From Gemmatimonadaceae bacterium (lineage in GTDB: Bacteria > Gemmatimonadota > Gemmatimonadetes > Gemmatimonadales > Gemmatimonadaceae): a DNA stretch of 12,567 nt. The position numbers were made by a program, and so were the translations under genes. The DNA lies in contig JANRJP010000041.1 in assembly GCA_033763905.1 (NCBI GenBank), positions 1-12,567 on the forward strand, read 5' to 3'. Positions 1 to 6,935 of the stretch are shown one piece after another (within the stretch, counting starts at the first letter, position 1; the number at the start of each line of letters is the position of its first letter). The notes below the pieces were generated by a model. It was not told where the DNA came from. It ran no database searches and was given only the letters and a program-made list of their open reading frames with translations.

Positions 1-432
1 CTCTGCGCGTTCGTCTGCCGAAAGCGCCGACAACACGTCCTGCTCGGCCCGCCGAATGCGCCCCTGGAGCGAGGCCACGAGCTGCCGTCCCGAAGGGGTC
101 AGGGACACGCGGTACACGCGTCGGTCGGTCGGGTCGTCAGAGCGCACGAGGTGGCCGGCGTCTTCCAGCACTTGCGCGGCCTGCATCGTCGTGGTGCGGT
201 CCAACCCGGCCCGCGCGCCGAGCGCATGCTGCGGCATTGTGCCCTCGTCGCGAAGGATGGTGAGCAGCAGGAAGTGCCGTGGCTGCAGGCCGTGGTCCCG
301 GAGTGAGGCTTCGAAGCGTGCGCGCAGCCGCATCGACACCTGATTGGCCAGAAATCCGATGGACGTGAGCACCGCGGCGGGCAGTGGGCCCACCGGCGGC
401 GTTTGGGGGAGCGTCGGTAACCGACGAGGCAT
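1..432 (-). CDS. MarR-family transcriptional regulator (3' end runs off the window)
   Basis: Not in the ORF track. Hand translation from ATG at 432 gives MPRRLPTLPQTPPVGPLPAAVLTSIGFLANQVSMRLRARFEASLRDHGLQPRHFLLLTILRDEGTMPQHALGARAGLDRTTTMQAAQVLEDAGHLVRSDDPTDRRVYRVSLTPSGRQLV..., open to base 1. Has the MarR winged-helix signature DPTDRR..VSLTPSG. Confidence 0.92.
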   Translation of the reverse strand, partial: MPRRLPTLPQTPPVGPLPAAVLTSIGFLANQVSMRLRARFEASLRDHGLQPRHFLLLTILRDEGTMPQHALGARAGLDRTTTMQAAQVLEDAGHLVRSDDPTDRRVYRVSLTPSGRQLVASLQGRIRRAEQDVLSALSADERAE

Positions 433-445
433 CGACAGGAAGGGG

Positions 446-474
446 TTGACGGCACAGCGCCGTGCAGACAATGT
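446..474 (+). promoter_or_regulatory. Possible sigma70-type promoter for the DoxX gene
   Basis: TTGACG at 446-451. The -10 is weak: CAATGT at 469-474 (17-bp spacer) or GACAAT at 467-472 (15-bp spacer). Confidence 0.4.
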
Positions 475-483
475 AAGGGCAAC

Positions 484-508
484 TGATCGTCAGTGCTACT
501 GACGGTCA
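484..508. promoter_or_regulatory. Inverted repeat, candidate MarR operator
   Basis: TGATCGTCAGT-GCT-ACTGACGGTCA, 10 of 11 arm positions complementary, with perfect core CGTCAGT-N3-ACTGACG at 488-504. Lies between the divergent marR and doxX genes. Confidence 0.7.
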
Positions 509-533
509 CTCACTTTGACGATAGGGAGTTGCC

Positions 534-920
534 GTGAAGAACAAGGCCATTTGGGCGCTGCAGGTGCTGATCGCCTTCGCGTTTCTGGGGGCGGGTGGGA
601 TGAAGCTGAGCACGCCCAAGGACCAACTGCGGGCGAATCCGCAGATGGCGTGGAGCCAGGATTTCAGTGACGGCGCGATCAACGCGATTGCGTCGGCGCA
701 GGTCGCCGGGGCCATCGGGCTCGTGGCTCCCGCAGCGACGGGCATTCTGCCGGTGCTGACGCCGATTGCCGGCGTCAGTCTGGGCGTGCTGATGGGCGGC
801 GCGGTGTGGACGCACGTGCAGCGCAACGAGCCGCCCTTCGTGCCGCTCGTCCTTGGGGTCTTGGCGGCAACGGCGGGGCTGCTGCGCTGGCGGCAGCGGC
901 CGGGCGCGGCGCAGCGCTGA
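534..920 (+). CDS. DoxX-family (DoxX_2-like) membrane protein
   Basis: GTG start with AGGGAG at 523-528. 128 aa with about 4 hydrophobic segments. Motifs WALQVLIAFAFLGAGGMKL, GAIGLVAP and LMGGAVWTHVQRNE are typical of DoxX_2. Confidence 0.88.
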   Translation: MKNKAIWALQVLIAFAFLGAGGMKLSTPKDQLRANPQMAWSQDFSDGAINAIASAQVAGAIGLVAPAATGILPVLTPIAGVSLGVLMGGAVWTHVQRNEPPFVPLVLGVLAATAGLLRWRQRPGAAQR

Positions 921-923
921 CCA

Positions 924-1385
924 TTACTCGGGCAGCGGCGCCCCCGCCTCGAGCAGCAGCGTGAACTCTTCGAGCAGGGCGATGCCGGCGCGCACGGATC
1001 GCGACGACTGCGTCGCCAGCAGCTGCTCCACCGCCGCTTCCACCGTGCCATCGGAGGGGACGTCGAGCCGTCGTCCAGCGGCCGTCAAGCTCAGGCGTGC
1101 CCGGCGCCCGTCGGCGGCATCGCGCGCGCGCGCGACCAGCCCACGTCGCTCCAGACGCCGGAGCGCCGCGGACAGCGTGCCAGGGTCGACGTGCAGCAAC
1201 TCCGCCAGCTGACTCGGGCTAATGGCGGGGAACGCCCCAATACAGCGGAGCACCAGTCGCTGTTGCGCCGTGACCCCAAGGGTGTCCAGCATACGGAGCG
1301 ACCGTCGCTCCAGCGCGTGATTGAGACGCCAGAGTCGTTGGAGAAAATCGAGCGTGGGCGGCAGCGGCAGATCAGGTGAGCTCAC
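924..1385 (-). CDS. MarR-family transcriptional regulator, last gene of the otsA-otsB operon
   Basis: LGVTAQQRLVL..ISPSQLAELLHVDPGTLSAALRRLERRGLV.R.RDAADGRRARLSLTAAG is a MarR wHTH. Start revised from 1535 to GTG at 1385 (153 aa), overlapping the end of otsB by 14 nt. Confidence 0.9.
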   Translation of the reverse strand: MSSPDLPLPPTLDFLQRLWRLNHALERRSLRMLDTLGVTAQQRLVLRCIGAFPAISPSQLAELLHVDPGTLSAALRRLERRGLVARARDAADGRRARLSLTAAGRRLDVPSDGTVEAAVEQLLATQSSRSVRAGIALLEEFTLLLEAGAPLPE

Positions 1386-2139
1386 GGCGGCGGAGGGGCG
1401 TGGGGCGTCGAGCGAGAAGCTCGGCGAGGAGGGCGTCGATCTCGGGCTGAGACGAAAGAAAGTACGTCGCGGCGGAACCCGCACGGTGACCGATCCGCAC
1501 CCCGACGAGCCAATCGTCGCCCGACCGGAAGGCATCTTCGTCGGTCACGTCGTCGCCGACGAAGAGCACGGTGTCCGCCGCCGATTCCGCGCGGAGCTGG
1601 AGGATCGCATCGCCTTTCGTCGGTGCGCCGGCGACGACGATGTTCACGACGTGGTGTCCGGCGAAGATCCGGAACGTGTCGCCGTACGCGGCTACGACCG
1701 ACGCGACGGTGCGCTGCACCCGCAGCGGCTCGGCCGCCAATCGATGATGGATCGACATCGAGAGACCCTTGTCTTCGAGCACCACGCCGCCGAGCGGAGC
1801 AAGCGCCAGCGCGAGCTGCGCCCCGAGCGCGGCCATCCGCGGGTGGGCCACCGCGGCGGTCCCCCGGGGTTCGGCACCGTGATTGCCGATCACCCACGTC
1901 AGCACGGCCGGCCCAAGTCGCGCACCGACGTCGGATTGCGAGCGGCCGGAGATCACGGCACAGGGGTACCGCGCCGAAACGGACGCGAGCAGGCGCGCGG
2001 TGGAGGGCGACATCGCGGCGAGCGCCGGGTCGTCGACGAGCGGCGCCAGCGTGCCATCGAAGTCGAAGGCGAGCAGCGTCCGGCCGGCAGCCACGCGGTC
2101 CAGGACCGGGCGACACGCGCGCGACAGGATAGACCTCAC
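1372..2139 (-). CDS. otsB: Trehalose-6-phosphate phosphatase (HAD IIB)
   Basis: HAD motif I FDFDGTLAP, motif II ISGR, GNHGAE, LEDKGLSMSIHHR, TKG and motif IV GDDVTDEDAF. GTG start overlaps the otsA stop (GTGA at 2136-2139). Confidence 0.93.
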   Translation of the reverse strand: MRSILSRACRPVLDRVAAGRTLLAFDFDGTLAPLVDDPALAAMSPSTARLLASVSARYPCAVISGRSQSDVGARLGPAVLTWVIGNHGAEPRGTAAVAHPRMAALGAQLALALAPLGGVVLEDKGLSMSIHHRLAAEPLRVQRTVASVVAAYGDTFRIFAGHHVVNIVVAGAPTKGDAILQLRAESAADTVLFVGDDVTDEDAFRSGDDWLVGVRIGHRAGSAATYFLSSQPEIDALLAELLARRPTPLRRRELT

Positions 2140-4352
2140 CGTTGCAATGGCGTGTGCTGCAGGCGACCGTGCAGCCGCTCACGCTGCCGCAGGTCAGCCG
2201 CGTCGAGCAGCATCTGACCCGCCCAACGGTAGACGTTGAACTCGCTGACGAGTCGGCGCATCGCGCGCATTCGGACCTGTTGCTCGGCAACCGGCATCGC
2301 CAGCGCCGCAGCCAGTGCCTGCGTGCTTTCGTCCAGGTCGTATGGATTCACGATCAAGGCCTCGGTCAGCTCTCGGGCGGCGCCCGTAAAGCGCGACAGC
2401 ACCAGTACGCCCTGCGCATCGTCGCGCGCGGCGACGAACTCCTTGGCCACGAGATTCATCCCGTCGTGCAAGCTGCTGACGTAACACAGGTCCGCCGCGC
2501 GGAAGTACCGGATGACGTCCGCTGGCTCGTGATGCGAGCGCTGCAGCAGAATCGGGCGATAGGCGCCCCGCTGCCAGCGACCGTTGATCTCGGCGGCGAG
2601 TGCGGTCACGCGAGCGTCCAAGTCCCGGTAGTGATCGATCTTTGATCGACTGGGGGCCGCGATCTGGATGAACACGAAGCGGCCGACCAGCTCGGGGTGC
2701 GTAGCGAGCAATCGGTCGACGGCGCCGAATCGCTCCTCGATGCCCTTCGTGTAATCGAGCCGATCGACACCGACGCCAATTCGCGTTCCCGCGGGAAGTC
2801 CGAACTCGGCGCACACGGCCTGCCGCGCCGCCGCGACCGATAGCGCGCCCTCCAACCGGCGCATCGGCCACTCGATGGAAATCGGATAGCTCCGAACGAG
2901 GGTTCGGCGCTTGCCCTGCACGATCGCCACCGACTCCCGATCGATACGCGCTTCGAGGTACGCGTCGACCGCGTCAAGAAAGTGATTGCAGTGTTGCTGC
3001 GTGTGAAAGGCCAGCACGCTCGAACCGAGCAGGCCTTCCAGGAGTTCTTCGTGCCACGGACAGATGCCGATGCGCTCGGCGTTGGGCCACGGGATGTGCC
3101 AGAAGGTGATGATCGTGGCCCCGGGGAGTCGGTCGCGGATCATTCGCGGTGCGAGCGCGAAGTGATAGTCCTGCACCAAGACGATAGGGTCGTCGCCGTC
3201 GACCTCCTCGCACACGGCGTCCGCGAATCGCTGGTTCACCGCGCGATAGTGCGCCCAGTCCTCGATGCGGAATGTCGGGCGCGCGTGCGCGACGTGGCAG
3301 AGCGGCCAGAGCCCTTCGTTGGACAGCCCGTAGTAGTAGCCCTGCTCTTCCGCCTCGGTGAGCCACACCCGACGGAGCTGATACGCAGGTTCACCGGGCG
3401 GGACCGCGACCCGGTCGTACCGGTCCACCACATCACGATCGGCCGTGCCTGATCCGTGCGCCTCCCAGGTACCTGAGCACGCGCGGAGGACTGGCTCGAG
3501 CGCGGTCACGAGACCGCTCGCCGGTTGCATCACGCGGATCTCGCCGTCGACGCGCTGGTGAATGTACGGCTCCCGGTTCGCCAGAATCACCAATCGTTCG
3601 CCGTCGAGCAGCCGTACGAGCGTATGCCGCAACCGTTCGGCGGTCCACGAACCCTCCAACGCCTTCTCGGTCGGGTCTCCTGCCAGGTGGCGAGCTAGCG
3701 CGCGGATCTCTCGGACCAGCGGGCGGAGTGCCGGCGTGTCTTCACCTGCAAGCGCGCGTCGGAGGGCGAGTAGCCATTGCCGCTGGGCAAGCGCGGCGGC
3801 AAGGACCGTGACACCCGACGCGCTGAGGGCAAGCAGCAGAAAGGCGGTCAGGATCTGGCGGCGCGCCGACGAGGCGCGGACGACGGCGTATCGCAGATCG
3901 TGGACCAGCACCACGAAACCGCCGCCGTCGATGGGCGTGGTGATCGGAACGGCGGCGATGTGCAGGGCCGTCGAGTCGAGGTCGACAATGCGCGTGTAGG
4001 GGAGGGAGTCGACCGCACGCCGCCGGGCGGATCGGCTGACCTCGCGGCACGTTACCGCGTCCGGCATCGACGCGGTGACCGCGAGTAGCGCGCCGTCCTC
4101 GCTGCACGCGGCGACGCCGAGCACGCGCTCGTCTCGCGCGATGGCCACCAGCGTGCGTTGCAGCCGGCCGTCACCGGCTCGCCACTGCTCTGTGAGGGAT
4201 GCATCCGCCGCGGCCACGGCAAGACGCGAGCGGAGCGTGACGTCGGCATCCACCCAGCGACGCACCGTGCGGCGCCACGCTGCATCCCCAGCGTAGGCGA
4301 GTCCGGCGAGCAACGCGAGAAGCGTCGCGGCGAAGACGAGGGTCCGAGGCAC
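2136..4352 (-). CDS. otsA: Trehalose-6-phosphate synthase (GT20) with an N-terminal 2-TM / extracytoplasmic module
   Basis: GT20 motifs ANREP, SGLVTAL, GYYYGLSNEGLWPLCH, QDYH, FWHIPWP, GVDRLDYTKG, APSR and DGMNLVAKEF. Start revised from 4874 to GTG at 4352 (738 aa), just before the first hydrophobic helix and downstream of the predicted promoter. The exact start is uncertain because there is no clear SD. Confidence 0.9.
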   Translation of the reverse strand: MPRTLVFAATLLALLAGLAYAGDAAWRRTVRRWVDADVTLRSRLAVAAADASLTEQWRAGDGRLQRTLVAIARDERVLGVAACSEDGALLAVTASMPDAVTCREVSRSARRRAVDSLPYTRIVDLDSTALHIAAVPITTPIDGGGFVVLVHDLRYAVVRASSARRQILTAFLLLALSASGVTVLAAALAQRQWLLALRRALAGEDTPALRPLVREIRALARHLAGDPTEKALEGSWTAERLRHTLVRLLDGERLVILANREPYIHQRVDGEIRVMQPASGLVTALEPVLRACSGTWEAHGSGTADRDVVDRYDRVAVPPGEPAYQLRRVWLTEAEEQGYYYGLSNEGLWPLCHVAHARPTFRIEDWAHYRAVNQRFADAVCEEVDGDDPIVLVQDYHFALAPRMIRDRLPGATIITFWHIPWPNAERIGICPWHEELLEGLLGSSVLAFHTQQHCNHFLDAVDAYLEARIDRESVAIVQGKRRTLVRSYPISIEWPMRRLEGALSVAAARQAVCAEFGLPAGTRIGVGVDRLDYTKGIEERFGAVDRLLATHPELVGRFVFIQIAAPSRSKIDHYRDLDARVTALAAEINGRWQRGAYRPILLQRSHHEPADVIRYFRAADLCYVSSLHDGMNLVAKEFVAARDDAQGVLVLSRFTGAARELTEALIVNPYDLDESTQALAAALAMPVAEQQVRMRAMRRLVSEFNVYRWAGQMLLDAADLRQRERLHGRLQHTPLQR

Positions 4353-4405
4353 GAATGGCGGCGCGGAGAGGGTGGCGAGCAACCACGGGCACTGGCCGAC
4401 GTGCA

Positions 4406-4435
4406 CTGGCACGATGCCGTCATTCGGACTATACT
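4406..4435 (+). promoter_or_regulatory. Sigma70-type promoter for the GH15 gene
   Basis: TATACT at 4430-4435 (5 of 6) with a weaker -35, CTGGCA at 4406-4411 (18-bp spacer). The ATG is only 14 nt downstream of the -10. Confidence 0.55.
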
Positions 4436-4456
4436 TGGATATCCAATCAATGTCTA
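4428..4456 (-). promoter_or_regulatory. Sigma70-type promoter for otsA-otsB-marR
   Basis: Minus strand TAGACA (4456-4451), 17-bp spacer, TATAGT (4433-4428). Each hexamer matches consensus at 5 of 6 positions. Confidence 0.72.
4435..4446. promoter_or_regulatory. Perfect 12-bp palindrome TTGGATATCCAA, candidate operator
   Basis: Read directly, in an AT-rich patch. It sits in the spacer of the otsA promoter and over the predicted GH15 transcription start. Confidence 0.68.
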
Positions 4457-6249
4457 CTCCACCGCACACCATCCCGCGCAGCGCGCGCGCCGATGACCTC
4501 GCGGCCCTCGGCCTGATCGGCAATTGCCAGATTGCCGCGCACGTTCGACGGGATGGCGCGATCGTCTGGAGCTGTATGCCGCGCTTCGACAGCCCGCCGA
4601 TCTTCGGCGCGCTGCTCGATGGCGCGGATGGCGGTGCCTTTCGCATCGGCGCGCCCGATGGTCGCGAGGGCGAGCAACGGTATCTCGAGAATACCAATGT
4701 GCTCGAAACCATCATCCGCACACCGGACGGAGACCTGCGCGTGATGGATTTCGCCCCGCGCTTCACGCTCCACGACCGGGCGTTCCGGCCCAAGAAGATC
4801 GTCCGCATCGTGGAGCCGATCTCGGGAACGCCGAGGATTTGCGTGCAGTGCGACCCGATCCTGGGGTGGTCCAAGGACCGGCCGCGCCGAGAGACGGGCT
4901 CGCATCACATCACGTACCGCGGCTACCCGGCCGAACTGCGCCTGACCACGGACGTGCCGCTCGCGTACCTCGACGGTGAACCTTTCGCGCTCACTGGGAG
5001 ACGACACTTCGTCTTGAGTTGGGGGGCGCCCGTCGAAGAGCCGCTCGCGCCGCTCTGCGATCGCTTCCTGACCGAAACGGTGCGCTACTGGCGGCGCTGG
5101 GTGAAGCAGTGCTCCATCCCGTCGAGATTCCAGCACGCCGTCATTCGATCCGCGCTGACGCTCAAGCTCCACTGCTACGAGGACACCGGCGCGATCGTCG
5201 CCGCACTGACCACGTCGATTCCGGAGTCGCCGCGTTCGGGGCGGACCTGGGACTACCGATACTGCTGGTTGCGCGACGCCTATTACGCCCTCGACGCCTT
5301 CCGGCGGCTGGGACAGTTCGAGGAGCGCGAGCAGTTTCTCGACTACCTGCTCAACATCGTGTCCGGCACGCCGGAGCTGGAACTCGCGCCGCTCTATGCG
5401 ATTGACGGACGGGCGGTTCCGGTCGAGGCCGTGCTCGAGCACTGGGCCGGCTACCCCGGCGGGCTTCCTGTGCGCGTGGGCAATGCGGCGTCCCTCCACC
5501 ATCAGCACGACATCTTCGGCGAGCTCGTGCTGGCGCTGACGCCGATGTTTGTCGATGCGCGCTTCGGCGATCAGGCGACGGGTCGGGCGCTCGACCTGGT
5601 GCGCCGACTCGCACATCGCGCCATCACCGTGGCGGGCGAGCCCGATGCCGGCATTTGGGAGCTGCGAACGGAATGGCGACCGCAGGGCTTCAGTACACTG
5701 ATGTGCTGGGCCGCGGCTGACCGAATGGCGCAGATCGCCGAGCGGCACGCGCCGGAGGAAGCGGCGATGTTCGCGCGAGAGGCTGTGCGGATCCGCGAGA
5801 TGCTGCTGACCCGCGCCGTGGACCCCGTGCGACGCTGTCTGGTCGGCGACTTCGACGGACGAGAGGTGGACGCCTCACTGTTGCAGGCCGCACCGCTCGG
5901 GCTGCTTGCCCCGGACGACGACCGACTCACCGCCACGATCGACGCGGTGCGCCAGGATCTTGACCTCGGCGGCTGGCTGAGGCGCTACCGCATCGACGAT
6001 GGCTTCGGTACCCCGGAGGTGGCGTTCACCTTGTGCTCGTTCTGGCTCGTCGAAGCGCTCGCGTATCAGGGGCGTCTCGACGAAGCGCAGGCGATCCTCG
6101 CGAACGTGGCCACCATCGACGCGCCACTCGGCTTGCTCGCCGAAGACCTCGATCCCTCGAGCAAGAGGATGTGGGGAAACTTTCCGCAGGCCTACTCGCA
6201 CGTCGGGATGATCCACGCGGCGTTCGCGGCCTCACCGCAGTGGCGGTGA
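4450..6249 (+). CDS. Glycoside hydrolase family 15 protein, probable trehalase
   Basis: N-terminal LIGNCQIAAHV..DG.I.W.C.PRFDSP domain, TGAIVAALTTSIPE, WDYRYCWLRD, DAGIWE and GLLAED (the two candidate catalytic Glu), GNFPQAYSH. Start revised from 4372 to ATG at 4450 (599 aa). No signal peptide. Substrate is inferred from the otsAB context. Confidence 0.9.
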   Translation: MSTPPHTIPRSARADDLAALGLIGNCQIAAHVRRDGAIVWSCMPRFDSPPIFGALLDGADGGAFRIGAPDGREGEQRYLENTNVLETIIRTPDGDLRVMDFAPRFTLHDRAFRPKKIVRIVEPISGTPRICVQCDPILGWSKDRPRRETGSHHITYRGYPAELRLTTDVPLAYLDGEPFALTGRRHFVLSWGAPVEEPLAPLCDRFLTETVRYWRRWVKQCSIPSRFQHAVIRSALTLKLHCYEDTGAIVAALTTSIPESPRSGRTWDYRYCWLRDAYYALDAFRRLGQFEEREQFLDYLLNIVSGTPELELAPLYAIDGRAVPVEAVLEHWAGYPGGLPVRVGNAASLHHQHDIFGELVLALTPMFVDARFGDQATGRALDLVRRLAHRAITVAGEPDAGIWELRTEWRPQGFSTLMCWAAADRMAQIAERHAPEEAAMFAREAVRIREMLLTRAVDPVRRCLVGDFDGREVDASLLQAAPLGLLAPDDDRLTATIDAVRQDLDLGGWLRRYRIDDGFGTPEVAFTLCSFWLVEALAYQGRLDEAQAILANVATIDAPLGLLAEDLDPSSKRMWGNFPQAYSHVGMIHAAFAASPQWR

Positions 6250-6327
6250 GGCGGTTCCTCGGCGAACATCGCGTTGGCGCAAGGCTGTCCTCGCCGCCGC
6301 GAAGCCAACCGTCGGATTGGACGGAGC

Positions 6328-6822
6328 CTACTGCGCGCCGAGCGTCGGCCAGTACCGGTCCGCCTTCGCAATGTTGTCCGACATGCGAAGCCGCCAATAC
6401 GCCTGCGTGGGCTTGTTCTTGTTCAGGTACAGCTTGCCGTCCTCGACGCGCCACGCCTCGGGGTCGATGTCGAACTTCGCGTTGCCGGCCACGCCCATCG
6501 CACAGAACCCGCCGTACTGCGGGAGATAGCGCTCGGGCTGCGCGACGAAGGCCTCGCGGTTGGCGGCCGATGCAAAGTGATACGTTGCCCCGTCGTGCCG
6601 CGCGGCGAACGTGGCGAGCCCTTTCGTTGGTGCCCCCACGGTGAAATAGGCCACCGGGTCATAACCCTTGAGCGCGAGTCCGGTCGCGTCGAGGTTCTTC
6701 GCGCGGCCGGGCACCGGCGCAGCCGATGGAGGAACATCAGCCGACGTCTTGCTCTGCGCCGCGATGACTGCGGGGACGGACAGCGCGACGGACACCACGA
6801 GGCCAAGCAAGCGCGACGACAT
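6328..6822 (-). CDS. Exported YHS-domain protein (Cys form of the YHS (seleno)protein-like family)
   Basis: Signal-peptide-like N-terminus, then ALKGYDPVAYF, GATYHFASAANREAFVAQPERYLPQYGGFCAMG and DPEAWRVEDGKLYLN. SD GGAGGT at 6835-6830. Start is ATG 6822, or 6825. Confidence 0.88.
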   Translation of the reverse strand: MSSRLLGLVVSVALSVPAVIAAQSKTSADVPPSAAPVPGRAKNLDATGLALKGYDPVAYFTVGAPTKGLATFAARHDGATYHFASAANREAFVAQPERYLPQYGGFCAMGVAGNAKFDIDPEAWRVEDGKLYLNKNKPTQAYWRLRMSDNIAKADRYWPTLGAQ

Positions 6823-6935
6823 CATCACTACCTCCACAAGGAAACAACACACACAACGGATGCCAACCATTAGTCAGCACCCGTTGCAGGAGTTCCGCCG
6901 AGCCTCGTGGCGGTGGCAGCGACTGCAGCTACCGC

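Noticed and set aside
4406..4422. CTGGCACG resembling a sigma54 -24 element
   Set aside because: The required TTGC -12 element is absent at the correct spacing (CGTC is there instead).
4353..4874. 174-aa N-terminal extension of OtsA in the 912-aa ORF
   Set aside because: Mostly antisense to the GH15 coding region and runs through the predicted otsA promoter. It is an open-frame artefact of high GC.
1321..5748. Long alternative ORFs such as 1321-2217 (+), 1382-2290 (-) and 4447-5748 (-)
   Set aside because: Shadow frames of otsB and GH15 with no recognisable motifs, as expected in GC-rich DNA.
6250..6327. Short hairpin CCGTC-N6-GACGG between the convergent GH15 and YHS genes
   Set aside because: A 5-bp stem without a U-tract is expected by chance at this GC content.
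6490..6520. Possible selenocysteine recoding in the YHS protein
   Set aside because: The codon is TGT (Cys) and there is no in-frame TGA.
6910..6935. GC-rich hairpin GCGGTGGC...GCTACCGC right after the M1 peptidase stop
   Set aside because: The stem is imperfect on the transcribed strand and has no U-tract, so it is too weak to call a terminator.
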